In this document: positions 27,842-41,130 of the stretch, in pieces
Position numbering within the stretch: the first letter of the stretch is position 1
Layout of the letters: every line of letters begins with the position of its first letter
Made by a program: the position numbers and the translations under genes
Origin: Dipteris shenzhenensis
Taxonomy: Eukaryota
Assembly (NCBI GenBank): GCA_047967505.1
Contig: CM106538.1
Strand: one strand, 5' to 3'
DNA: 64,000 bases
The notes under the pieces: generated by a model
Told to the model about the DNA's origin: nothing
Databases searched by the model: none
The model's input: the letters and a program-made list of their open reading frames with translations, nothing else

Positions 27842-29637
27842 CATAACATCTGATTCATCGACCTTCATTTTCTTCGCCTCCTTCTACACCGTTCTGTATC
27901 TCCATGTTTCATCTTCATTTTCCGTCTCCCACTTCTTTTTCTCTTCTTCTTCATCATACCTCGCGACTATTATTTTGCGGCAAACCTCGTTGCCTCTTTA
28001 CCCTTGCTGTAAATATTCGTAAAAACTAATGTCTACAAAGAGTGTTTACACTCTTATTAAATTTACTCTTGCACTAGCTCCAACGATTCTCAAGAAAAGC
28101 CTACATGATTTCAAACATGTAAAAACTGTCCTCCACACAAGATAGATTTAGATAATAATTTAGCGCGTTCTATGTGTCTTTTGGTGTCTCTCTCTATCTT
28201 GTGTGAGAGAGAGATTTCACCTCCAAAAAAGGTGTGATTAAAAAAAAAAAGTGTGCAATTTCACCAAAAAATGTGTGTGTGTGTGCGCGTGCCTTTTGTG
28301 CATGAGAAAGGTGTAGCAAAAATATTTTTGGATTATGATCAGGTTACGCTCAAAGAATTTCATTCGATTTTAGAGTTCAAAGACCTGTTCTTCATTTAAT
28401 CCACAATTACTTCTCTTGAGTTTACACATTACGTCACCCATATGAAAGTATTTAATCGTGAAATCAAGAAGGTTGGAACTTGGGGAGAGAGGAAGTGCTC
28501 AAGAGTTGAGGAATGACTAGGGTGATTGATGCGATGCGTGAAACTCATCTCAAAATTGTAGAATAGAGTTTACATGAATCAAAACATGACACCTAGCACA
28601 TGATTTATGATTAGAAGTGTCATTCAGAGGGAGAAAACAACATGGAACACTATATTAGGGAATTTTCAAATAGTTTGGGACTTCCCAATATGGTTAAGAT
28701 TTGGCCACACGGTCAAATTTGAACCCATTACTTGAAAGTGCAGTCCATCCTAAAAACCATATTAGGGAATCCTCCCAAGTCCCACTTTCAAATAAGGGTT
28801 CATGTTTTGGCCACATGGTCAAATCTTAACTCTTAACTTGAAAGTGGGACTTGAGATATTTCCAAATTCTCCAATATGATGTTATGGATCTTGCATTGAT
28901 TATATGAGAAAAAGTCATTTCATGAATCAAAGCCACAATAGATCATGAAGGAATGTATTTTTAACACTAAAAAGGAAATGCATGTTAATTGTATGGACAT
29001 GTCTCAAATAGTATTTGGGATAGTAGTCATGCACTATGAAAGTAATTGTAAGCATGAAATTTAAAACACATGTTATATTCACTCAAAGGAATCTAGCATA
29101 GTAATTATGTGCATTGATTAAATGAAATGTTTTGCATGAGGATTTAAATCACATATTATTTGTATGTGAAATCATAAATGGGTTTTATATAATGTCCATT
29201 TGAGACATATGAAAGTGCCTTTTTCATGCATATGAATTTCTAGGTCTCTATAGATACTTGATTAAAATGTAAATAATCACTTTGGTTATTTGCATATGTT
29301 TTAAATTGTAAGATTGCAAATTGGAGGAGAAATTTGGATCAAGAATGTCCAACAGCAACCAAGAAGAAGAAAAAGAACAAGAGATAGTAGCTTGTAGAAA
29401 GAGGTATGGTAGCTTTTGTAAATGCCTAGACACAACATTGTAAAAATGGAAAGATTCACGCAAAATGATTTTGCAATCATCTAGTGAAGCGGTCTAATTA
29501 ACTTCATACATAATGAACTTCCATTTGAAAAAAAGAGAGAGGAAGAGACAAGAAAACCTAGAAACATGACATAGAGATGGAAGTTAAACGGATTGATGCT
29601 AGAGGCATGTGGAGACAAGTTATATGCTTGAGACATC

Positions 29638-29925
29638 GGTTAGGTCAAGGGTTTGGAAGGTGGCGATTCTCTCTGAATAAGCCTGTGAGCTACTATGGTT
29701 TTTTATACGTTGGTGTGAGTCGATTAGCATGGAAGATTATTGGATCCAATATTAGGTATCAATGCTTCCACATGGGTTAGGTCAAGGTGTGTGGCAGGTG
29801 GCGATTCTCTCTAAAATAAGCCTGTGAGCTTCTGTGTTTTTTAATACATTGGTACTACTTGCTATTGTGTGAGTCGATTAGCATGGAAGATTATTGGATC
29901 TAATATTAGGTATCAAAGCTTCCAT
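29638..29925. repeat. ~140-bp tandem duplication
   Basis: GGTTAGGTCAAGG...GGCGATTCTCTCT...GAGTCGATTAGCATGGAAGATTATTGGATC.AATATTAGGTATCAA occurs twice. Confidence 0.85.
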
Positions 29926-29999
29926 AATGCATTTCAAAACATCATTAACAGATTCTCCATGCCCCTATCATGAATTAGGTTTTGATACCAAATAACCTT

Positions 30000-30300
30000 G
30001 TATTAATGGAAAATAACATGAAAGCTTTAATGCACTAAAGAAAGTATTTGTTGAAGGGCATGCATTAAAGATTGTTGACCTCTAAAAAGGGTATAAAACC
30101 CACTTTTCGAGCACTTTTTTTAGAAACCAAGCCAAGTGGTAGTGTGTTAGGAGAAACTTTACTTCAAGAGGGAAGGCCAATAGCCTTTAAATGAAAAAAG
30201 ATTTCCTCCTCAATGTGTATGGCCAACTCATGGATTGGAGTTGTATGCTATAATATGTGCTTTGAAAGTATGGAGGCATTATCTTTATAATTTCACATTT
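30000..30300 (+). pseudogene. Ty3/gypsy RNase H remnant
   Basis: LLQEGRPIAF (~30158-30190) and ELYAIICALKVWRHYLY (~30238-30290) are gypsy RNase H motifs. Confidence 0.8.
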
Positions 30301-32202
30301 TAATGGTGGAGATCAAATAATCAAATGAAGGGCCTAGATTGAGGTGCATTTTGGAGGGTGTAGATGGAGCCATTGAGATCAACAATTGAGATTTAGGCGC
30401 ATAAACTACTTGGAAAGACATCAATTTCAACCATCGGACTAGTCATCAATTATTTCGATTGTGATATATATTTCTATTTTCAATTTCTATAATTAGACAT
30501 TAACAAAACTCAGTTTAGGATAATCACATTAATAATCTAAATTATATATTGTTGTGAAAACCACCGGGCTGGTTATGGACATCGCACTAAACTATTAAAC
30601 TAATTTATCTACTAGTAAACTAAACTAAGGTAACTACTAGGAAAACAACACCACCGCGATGGTCATCAATTGCCACCATGCTAGCATTCAATAGGTAAGA
30701 AATGGAGACTTATAATAATGATGGAGTGGAGAGCAAAATGATCGTGTGGTAAGGATTAAGTGGCAACCCTCGGAGCTTGATTAGGATTAAGTGTGATGAC
30801 TTAATGTCATTGCGTTTCAGCCAATGGGCTTGTAGCCAATTAAATAGCCACCTGGCTTGCATGATGGGATGACCATATGATTAACAAAGTTTGCAACTCT
30901 CTTGAGCCACCATGGTGACTGGTGTCTGGTGGTGCCATCCAAATAATCATGAGCCATCTGAATAAGCCACCTTAAAATAATCAAAATTTGAGCCAACACA
31001 GTATGACTAGAGGCTTGGTGGTGCCATCCAAATAATCATGAGTCATGTTAATAAGCCACCATAAATTAATCAAAATCTGAGCTAGTGTGGTGACTAGAGG
31101 CTTGGTGGTGCCATGTAGCCTCGTTGACTTCAAATTTAAGTGGGTACTAGCTATTTAAGTGCCATGTCGCCTTGTCAACTTCACATTGCTCCACCATCAT
31201 CTCCCCTTCTTTGTCAACTTCATGTTGGTCTACCATAATCTCTACCACCCTCGTCGAATTCACACAGCTCTAGCCTCATTTCCCACTCTTGTCTCTGACT
31301 CCATAGTCTCCCACCCTCATCCCCACCACCTTTATCAACTTCACACTAATCTACCCTTGTCTCTACCACCTTCGTCAACTTCACATAGTTCCACCCTTCT
31401 CTCATACTCCACCCTCCTCCTACTCAACCCTTGTCTCCACCCTTTGGCTATGTCCCACCTTCTGTTGATCTCATTCTTATTCCTAGCTATCTCCAAACCA
31501 GTGGTAGCTCTCTGCCACATTCATAAAGTGACTGAGATGCTAATGGACCTTAATTAGATGGAAAATCTTTTTGATTTAACCCACTTAAAAACTGCATTTG
31601 AGTCCTACACCAATGATGTTATTTGTGAATTCTATATGGGCCGCATAGCCAAGCTAACCAGGCCAGAGAGACGATCTTGCGGGAGTTTTTACAACATCAC
31701 GCACAACTAAAGGTTGCCTTTAGAAAATTTGGGTAGCTCACTAGCTGAGTAGAGTGTCCAAAAAACAATTTTGGGTATCTAGTTCACCACTTGAATTGAG
31801 CTTCCTTATGTTGACAAAGCACTTAGCTCACCAACTGAGCTAAGATTTCTGTATATAACCTGAGCTTTTTGTAACAAATTTTTGTATATAAGCTTTGCTT
31901 TCTTTATAATAGGATTTTGATTTTAAGTTCTCTAGGGGGACATATAAGCCGAGCTTTCTTTCTAATAGGAATTTTGAATTTAAGTTCTCTAGGAGGACAT
32001 ACTAACCTAATCTTTCTTGTATTGACAGAATAATAATGGAAATTATATCGATTAGATTCCTCCCCTCCTTCACAAATCAATGAGATTTTTTTGCTAAAGT
32101 ACTTTCTATATATTAATATAAGAAAAAAGGAAGATCATTCTTATAAGATATAGTTACAATGAAGGAGCAGACATTGCCTAATCATAAAGGTAAGACCCTC
32201 TC

Positions 32203-32580
32203 ATGGCTACCTTTAAAATAGACAAATTCAATGGCCAAGGCTTCCACCTTTGGCAAATGAAAATTAAATTTGTGCTTATGAAGGAGAATTCGTGGGATTT
32301 AGTCAAGCCAGGGAATTAGTCATCATCATAAGAGGGTGAATCCACCACAACCAAAGGAAAGGGGAAAGCAAGTGACTCTACTTCAACAACACTAGCAGAT
32401 GCTAAAAGGCTAGAGAAAGCCTATACAATTATTGCATTAGGTTTGGGAGATGATTACATGCATCATATTTCATATTTGTAATCTCCATTCACTGAAGATG
32501 ATGCAATGGATGTGCTCTTGAAGAGTGTGCCTCATGATTTTGACTATGCTGTGACTACTTTGAAGAATCTTTCCCAGCCA
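32203..32580 (+). pseudogene. Copia gag N-terminal remnant (DUF4219/UBN2-like), internally deleted
   Basis: MATFKIDKFNGQGFHLWQMKIKFVLMKENSWDLV...KAYTIIALGLGDDYMHHI...DVLLKSVPHDFD, with stops. Confidence 0.8.
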
Positions 32581-32582
32581 AC

Positions 32583-32705
32583 ATATGGCCCTTGAGGGGT
32601 CACCTTTAGGGGGAAGGGCCATATCTATCTATTGGCATCCTGGATATTGTATAATGCATGTTGATATGGGCCTTGCCCCTAGAGGGGACCCCTCAAGGGC
32701 CATAT
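32583..32705. repeat. 43-bp inverted repeat pair (32583-32625 and 32663-32705), each arm itself self-complementary at its ends
   Basis: ATATGGCCCTTGAGGGGTCACCTTTAGGGGGAAGGGCCATATC versus the reverse complement of the second arm, about 4 mismatches. Confidence 0.85.
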
Positions 32706-32929
32706 CATCAATTGTATTTTCTAAAAGTTAATTGTATTTTTCTAGATGTATCTCCATGCAACCACCATGATGGGTTGTTGGAGCTATTTTAGCGCTATTT
32801 TGGTCCTAAACCAAGAAAAATGTAGTCCTACTTTACTAGAATTTTAGTCCTTGTTGCAATAAATCCTAAATGACGGAAAAAGTATTCCAAGCCATGGCAG
32901 TGACTAGAGGCCCAGTGGTATCTACATCC

Positions 32930-34200
32930 AATAATAGGTTATATAAAAATTAACAACAATTTATAATGAGAGCTTCATGGAGCAAAAATTGAACAAAATA
33001 TCTTACATTTATTAAAACTCAGCAATTGTTGAGGTCCTTAAAGGCCAAAAGATTACATCTAGCGAGCATAACCACTCAACCATTGCTGAATGGTTTATAT
33101 AGAATTTAACAACAGTTTATATTGAGAGCCTCATGGAGAAAAAATTGAACAAAAGAGATTACATTTGTAAAAAATTAGCAATTCCTGAGAGCCTTAGAGG
33201 CCAAAAGATTACATCTAGTGAGCCAAAAGCTTGCTGAGAGCCTTAGAGGCCAAAAGTTTACATCCAACCATTGCTGAGTAGTTATGAGCCTCATTGAACA
33301 AGAGGATATTTGTACAATCTGTATTTCCAATTGTTGATAGCAAGAGGATATTTTTACAAATTTTCCACCAGCCCAGCTTGCTATATTTGAATTTTTTGGA
33401 GAGCTGATGGAGGAGACAATAGAGAGGCTGACCCCTCCCAACAATGAGACGAGAAAGCTCTGCTGTAAAAATACTTAGACCTTCTTCAACATCTCCAAGA
33501 AGTCCATAGAGCACATCCATATAGAGGCCAGAAGTGTGCATGCCATTCAAGGTCGTAACATGTAGATGTGGGGGGAATCATTCAAGGGAACAAAGAGATT
33601 CCACAAGTGCAAGCACAAGTGGTTTATATAAAAATTAACAATAGTCTATACAGAGAGCCTCATAAAGTAGAAATTGAACAAAAGAGATTACATTTATAAA
33701 AACTTGGAAATTGTTGAGAGCCTTAGAGGCCAAAAGATTGCATCCAGTGAGCCAAAAGATTGCTAAGAGCCTTAGAGGCCAAGAGACTACATCTAGCCAT
33801 TATTGAGTGGTTATGAGCCTCGTTGAGCATTGAGCAAGAGGATATTTGTATGAGATTTGTATATCTCAGTATTGCCAATTGTTGATGATAGCAAGAGGAT
33901 ATTGGTATAACTCAGTATTGCCGTTAGCCCATTCAAATTTTTTGGGGAGCCGATGGAGGAGATGGTGGAGAGGCTCAAGACCGTGCACATGGCATAAATG
34001 TAGGACTCAAATAAGGCCCCCCAACAAGACAAGAGTACTCTACTATGAAAATTCTTAGCCCTTCATCAACGTCTCTAGGGAAACGATAGAGCACAGCCAT
34101 ATAGAGGCCAAAGGTGTGCATGCCATTCAAGGTAGTGACATGCAGATGTGGGGGGAATCGATCAAGAGAACAAAGAGATTCCATGAGAGCGAGCATTTGA
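32930..34200. repeat. Nested tandem duplications (~160-bp units inside a ~580-bp duplication)
   Basis: GAGAGCCTTAGAGGCCAAAAG units, and GTGTGCATGCCATTCAAGGT..CATG.AGATGTGGGGGGAATC at ~33534 and ~34114. Confidence 0.8.
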
Positions 34201-34479
34201 AGTCCTAATGAATGCAACACAATGACCTTATATATGAGAAGGCAGACAAGATTGGGATCACCTTACATCGAGGGGTGATAGTAGTAATAGGCGTGGTGAA
34301 AAGAGTGGGTGAGTAGTGGAGCAGATGAGCAAGGGAGCAGATGATTGAATGAGAGTTGGTGCAGATGAGTGAATGAGAGTTGGAGGAGGGAGCATGGAAC
34401 AAAGTAGGGCAAGGGCAAAAGAGAGCTAGAGGAGGGTGAGTGGAGAAAAGTAGCAGAGCAAGGAGGATAGATGAGAGCA

Positions 34480-35830
34480 AATAGCCAAATGCCGAATACC
34501 ATAAACCTTATATATATTACAAAGTTTGAGCCACCGTGGTGACTGGAGGCCCGGTGTGCCATCCAAATAATCATGAGCCATTTTAAACCACTGCCTTAAT
34601 TAATCAAAATTCGAGGAGGTTGCCATCCAAATAATCATGAGCCATTTTAAAGCAAAGTAGCCACATGCCAAATGCCATAGACCTTATATTAATCAAAGTT
34701 TGAGCCACTGCGGTGACTAGAGACCCAGTGTGCCATCCAAATAATCATGAGTCATTTTAAACCGCCGCCTTAATTAATCAAAATATGCGGAGGGTGCCAT
34801 CCAAATTTAACCATGAGCCATTTTAATTGCAGGCCACCGCAGTGGCTGGTAATTAACTACCAACCCAGTGGAATCTTAGGCATCACCCCAGATGCCACCT
34901 CGACACTGACAGGAGTGGCAATTAATTATGACATGGCTAGTAATCATGAAGCAAATGCCACCATCTTGGTAATTGACTGTGGTAATTAATTACACTCTAT
35001 TGAGCATGCAAGCCCAGTGATTGGTAATTAATTGCACTTTACTAATCATGCAAACCCCATGGTGGTAGTTGGCAGGGGAGTAATTGCACGCCACTACGGT
35101 GGCTAGTAATTAACTACCAACCCGATGGAATCTTAGCCGCCACCACAGACGTGGCTAGTAATCTTAGATGCCACCTCGGAGCCACCACCACTAGCAAGAG
35201 GTGGCAGTAATTAGCACAAACGTAAATCATGAAGCCTAATCACCTCATTATCATGCAAGTGCAGTGACTGGTAATTAACTACACTCCACTAATCATGCAA
35301 GCCTAGTGGTGGTAACTGGCGGGTGAGTAATTGCGGGCCACTACTATGGCAGGTAATTAACTACCATCCTAGAGGAATCTTAGCCGCCACCATAGATGTG
35401 GTTGGTAATCTTAGACACCATCTCTTAAATGCCAACACTAATCATCGCCACCACCAGTGGAAGGTGGCAGTAATTACCACAGATGTAAATCATGAAGCCT
35501 AATCACCTCTAATCACTCATTACCATGCAAGGTAGTACTGCTGCCTTGAATTTATCAAAATTTGGGCCAACCACCATGGTGGCTCTCACCTTGACAATTC
35601 CATTCCCTTCACTATTTCATCTGATATCCATCCCACTGATTGCTTCTTTCTCCCTTGCAATTGGGCTATAAACTTAAGCCTTCACTATTCCATTCCCTTC
35701 ACTATTTTGTCTTCTATCCCTCTTGACCGTTTCTTTCTCCCTTGCACTTGGATTGCAAACTTAAGCCTCCACTATTCCATTTCCTTCACTTTTTTGTCTT
35801 CTATCCCTCTCGGCCGTTTCTTTCTCCCTT
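34480..35830. repeat. Minisatellite-rich block (GCCATCCAAATAATCATGAG, GGTAATTAA and CTTCACTATTCCATT units), with related copies at 30905-31120
   Basis: Recurrent motifs read directly. Confidence 0.75.
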
Positions 35831-36004
35831 GCACTCTTCCTACAACTTCTATCCCCCCTCGTAATGGATCCCCCTAGACACACCGAGCTCCAAACTCGAT
35901 GCAAGGCATTGACTACAAGCTTAAAGGCAATGTCCAACATCAAGTCAAAGCGTCAACTCGATATTTGATGTCATTAAGCCAAAGCTTCAACTCTATCTTT
36001 GACA

Positions 36005-37775
36005 TCTAGTTTACTTTTGATCCCAAACTTTGATTGATGAGTTTTTTGATGCATTAAAAATATTGAATTCGATCTACAACTTTGTAGAAGAGGTCGGAAT
36101 CTTAATCCATGATCTACTAGATTGCAATTTAATTTACGCAATCTAAGTCTCCTCTTCGAGGAAAAAAATAGTAGTCACTATTTTGATCATAACTTTTGAT
36201 CCCAAAATAATAGTTCTAATGAATTGGAAATATGGAATTGCTATATAAAACTTTTTAGAAAAGGTCAAAATATAAGTCCATGATCTATTAGGCTGAAAAT
36301 TTGATGTACGTAATCTAAGTCTCCTCTTCCAAGAAAAAAGTAGCAGTCACTATTTTAATCATAACTTTTTCTCCCAAACTCCAATTGGAGATATTTTTGA
36401 TGCATTAGAAAGCTTGGATTTCTATCTACAGCTTCCTAGAACAGGTATTAACCTCCAACTCGATATTTTGCATTGAGTTAGAGGTTAACTTGATGCAAAG
36501 TGAAATAAACTACTCTCACAATTGATTTTCACTTAAGGAGAGATTTTTGCATGCCTTTTGCCATCCCCTTCTCCATTTTATTGCACCTCTTGTTTGCACC
36601 ATCCCCCTCTCCCCTAGCTAATCCATCCCATCCCTTGCTTGGATGTTACATCCCCTCTTATTTCATCCATCCCCTCATCACCCCTATGCTAGCCCCTCCT
36701 TGCTACGCCTACTTGCCCCTACCCCCTACACCCCTGCGCCCACTATGGCCCTGCTCGCCCTGCGTCCTCATGTCCCTACTCACCCTATGCCCCTAGGCCC
36801 CTGATCGCCCTGTGCCCCTGCACCCATACCCCCTGTGTCCCCTAGCTTTGCCCTTCCTCACTACCTCCCTGTGTCCCTCCGCCTCGTGGTTACATCCCTT
36901 GGCTGTGCCACTAGTTTAATTACAATATAAGCATGGAAAACTAATAATATCACTTTGTAAATCAAATTATGAAACAAAAATTACAATTGAATATTATGTT
37001 CATGCTCAAACTTGTGTTTAGACATAAAATTTAAGCACTAACTTGATGTTAAACATCAAATTCAATGTTTTACATGAAGCCTGGGCTTTAACTTGATGCA
37101 AAACATCAAGTTGAACCTTGAACTTGATGTTTTACATCAAGTCTAAGCTTCAATGTGTTGCATCAATTTGAAACTTCAACTCGATGCAACACATCGAAGC
37201 CCTTGTGCCCCTACTCGCCCCTAGGCCCCCTTTGCCCCTATACCCCCTGTGCCTCTACTCGTCATTGTGCCCCTATGCCCCTTGTACCCCTACACCCCCT
37301 AGCTGTGCAGCTGCTCAACACTTGGATGCACCCCCCCACCCCCTAGTTGCACCCCCTGGCTGTGCAACTAGTTTGATTACAATATAACCAGGGAAACTCA
37401 GTAATATTTCCTTATAAATCAAATTATGATATAAAATTACAATTGAATATTAAGTTCATTCTTGAACTTGACCTTAGACATCAACTCTAAGCTTTAACTT
37501 GATGTCACACATAAACTTCAATGTTTTACATCAAGTCTAGGCTTGAACTTGATTCGAATCATCAAATTGAACCTTCAACTTGATGTTTTACATCATGTTT
37601 AGACCTTAATTTGATGTTTTTCATCAGTCAAAGCTTTAATTCAATGCAAATCATAGAATTGAAGCTTCAACTTGATGCAAATCATAGAATTAAATCTTTA
37701 ACTTGATGCAAAACATTGAATTAAAGATTCAACTTGATGTAAAACATCTAATTGAAGATTTAAATTGATGTTCAC
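36005..37775. repeat. ~175-bp ATAACTTTT..TCCCAAA repeats (36005-36480), C-rich TGCCCC repeats, and two blocks of ~30-bp AACTTGATG..ACATCAA units
   Basis: Recurrent motifs. The segment 36895-37190 is duplicated at 37352-37620. Confidence 0.7.
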
Positions 37776-40700
37776 CTTTTCAAGATGATATATCCAAAGA
37801 ACAACCTGACCAACCTTTGGATGTTTAAGTTTGACTACTGATAAGATGTTTGAGATAGTTCTTTTTTTGAAGTTGTGATTGTAATAAACATTTCTTGAGA
37901 AGCAGCTTTGCAATATGCTACTTTTGCATGGAACTCTTTTTCATCATTGTTTAGCTCTTTCAAAATTTCAATTTTAAGTGCTTTGAATATCCATGTAATC
38001 TATATAGTATATTTTAGTTCAGAAAAATTTATTGAATAATGTGAAAACTTGCAAACATTATTTTTGTTACATGGTAGTTTATACATAATAATTTATTGGC
38101 ATGTTTTTAAAATCAAAGCACTAATTTCGCCTAATTTTGAGAGAATCTTTAAGGAGAAACATTTGCAATTACCCAAGCAATCCACAATAGTGTTAAAACC
38201 TTAATCCTTCAATAAAACCTTAATAAATTGATGCATACAGTACCCTATCAAATATTTCCATGTGGGCAAGCATAAAGAATACAAAAATAAAACATTTTAC
38301 CTTTGGAAGGGGAGGAATCGTTCCTATACCCTTCCCACACACATCAAGCCAAAAAGAGGCAAAAAGGAGAGAGAAAAGAGGGGAAAAGAGAGAAAAGAGA
38401 GAAAAGAGAGGAGAAACGAAGAGAAGGGAAGAGACAGGAGGGGAAAAAATAGAGAGGGGAAAAGAGAGGAAAAAGATGTAAAAAGAGGGGGGAAAGGAGA
38501 GAAAAAGGATTGTAAAAGAGAGAAAAGAGAGAGGGGAAAAGAGAGAGAAAAGAGAGGGAAAAGCAGGGAAAAGAGATGTAGAAAAGAGAGGGAAGAGAAG
38601 AGGAGAGGAAAATCCTACAACCATCTCATTTGCTAATGCTTAGGGCATTCCCAAATGGCCAATATAAAACACAAAATGAACAAAAAGAAAGGGAGAGAAG
38701 AGGCCTTTCTTACTTGAAGCCCAGATTGCCATTAAAAAGAGAGAGATTATAGGTGCCTATACAAGAACAAAGAGACACACCACTTTTCCTAAGAAGCAAA
38801 GGAGAAAGCAAAGAACTTGACAAAGCAAAACAAAGAGACATGTTTCTAAGAAATCATTCATGAATGCTACCTTACCTTGAAGGAACTTGGAGAAGAAGCT
38901 TGGCAAAGAACAAACAAGATGAAGAGGGATATTGATGGAGAGGGAGCAAGGTGGAGAGGAAGCTTGGGTTAAAGAGACCAACAAGGAGGGAAGGTGCACA
39001 AGGGAGGCAACACAAGGATGGAGAGGAAATATCAAATGAGGTGGCAAAATGTGATTTGAGCTTTTTTAGTGTTCTCAAAATATTGGTGTTTTTGTTGGTA
39101 TATTTTTCAAAAATTCGAGACAACAGTGTTGGCTTTCCATTGGTATTTTTGTCAAAAAATACCAACAAAAATGCTCACACATATACCAAAGGAAAAGAAA
39201 TTTCTGAACATTTGGCGTAACTTTTGCCCTTTCTAGGTTTTGATTTTGATCTTTGGGATGGTCCTCTTCTTTCTGAGTTTTTATTTTGATCTTTTGGGTT
39301 ACACTTAACATCTTGTTCAAAATGGCCTATAGCTTTAGTGAATTATAACATCCCACCGAGGCTGACAACAATGAAGAAGGGACACCTCGCTCATGCTTGT
39401 CCTCCTCATGCCAAGGAAGACAAAATTAACAGAGATTATGTTTCAAACTTGAATAAATTTAAATGCGATTACGTTTGATATGCAAGAGGAAATGTGACAA
39501 TTTCCATAAGCCCTTCAGAAGAATGGCTTCTAATAGAGCTTCAAAGCACTTTTGAGGTCTTTTAAATTGTGTTTCTGGACACCATATGAACACCACTAAG
39601 GTTCATGACATGATGGTAGGTCACAAAAATAAGCATACTATGGGAGATTTTCTGTGGATTTTGATATTCACAACAAAGCAATTATCAATATTATTATTAT
39701 AACTTTTATTATCAATAATATTATTATAAATTTTAAAGCTATTAAGGTGTTTATGAATGTGGCCTAAGAGGGTTGCCACTCTATTAAGCTTGGAAGCTAT
39801 ACTTTTTGAATATCAATGTAGTTTAGAGCTAAGTCCGATGGTTGAAAGTAAAAGGCTAAGCTAGCCATTTGACAAATATGAAGGTTTAGTCAAACTTTTT
39901 ATAACAAAATCAGGCTAGTTACAACCACCATGCATGTAGGTTGTAGTCCAACTATTTACAAAAATCAAGCTAGCTACAACCACCATGCATGTAGGTGTAG
40001 TATTAAGATGCAATATACTTGCCAACCACACTAGCGATTGGAACATCAAGCTTTTTCGTCCTATTTAGATAGCCCACTGATTTAGGGACCATCTTAGTGG
40101 TCAAAATAATGAGCTTGTTGGGTTGATGAATATGTTTCACATATGTATTGTGGATTTTCTTATATTGAAGTTAATTTTCTTAAGCTTGATAGTCCCATCT
40201 AGCTCATCTCTTGATTTAGGGACCAGTTTGGTGGTCAAAACAATAATCTTACTAGATTGATGAATATATTTTGCATGTTTTGTGGGTTTAATTATTATGA
40301 ACCAATGTTTTTAGTGTGCTAGAATGTTCATTTCCCTTAAGCTTAAGCAAAATTTCAAATAAGAATATTGGAAACATACTGAATGTTCTTGAACGGATTA
40401 AAGGCCCATGATGGTTTTAGAAGGTAGCTCAATCAGAATGGCAAGGATTTACTTTCAATCGACTGTGGTGGAACTTTAAAAAAGTGGTTTGGAAAAGTGG
40501 GGTGGTGTGGGAGTAGTACCTTACCAAGACGTGCCATCTAATATTGTAGAGCATTGAGTGGGAACCAATCTTGTACATGAATTTAATTTATGTGGCATTC
40601 CATGGGTGGTTCTAAGAAGTCATTCCTACTCACAGCCATTGCATTAGGCAGAGGCATCTGGTACCATAGACAAGTAAATGCTAGTAAAAGTTCCCCAGCT

Positions 40701-41130
40701 CGTTGCCCTTTTCTTGGAGAAAAATTATTGTAAGATAAAGAAACCTTTAGAGTCCCACCTACTTGCACCTCCCCATATCTACTCTCTTTCTCTTTTTGAT
40801 GTCTAGTCATACAATAACTAGTGTAGATAGGACATCATTATGGTCTCCATCAGCAAAAAAGGAAAATGCTAACAAGTTTTCTAATCGGATACTTCCATGT
40901 TCTTTCTAGCATCATTATTAATATTGGTATAGCCATCGGTATTTTTGTCAAGCATCAATGATTGTTTTGATGGTATTATACAAGTAATACTGATGCCAAT
41001 ACCAATGGCAATATTGACATTTTTGAGACATTTTTTGGACCAAAAACTTACCGATAGATCCTATAGCCAAGGCACAAAAAATTTTCTAAGGTCCTCAGCG
41101 TCGAACTGCCAGAAATAGATGGGTGTGTTG

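Noticed and set aside
38220-38636. K/R/E-rich and F/S/L-rich ORFs
   Set aside because: Products of a GA-rich low-complexity tract.
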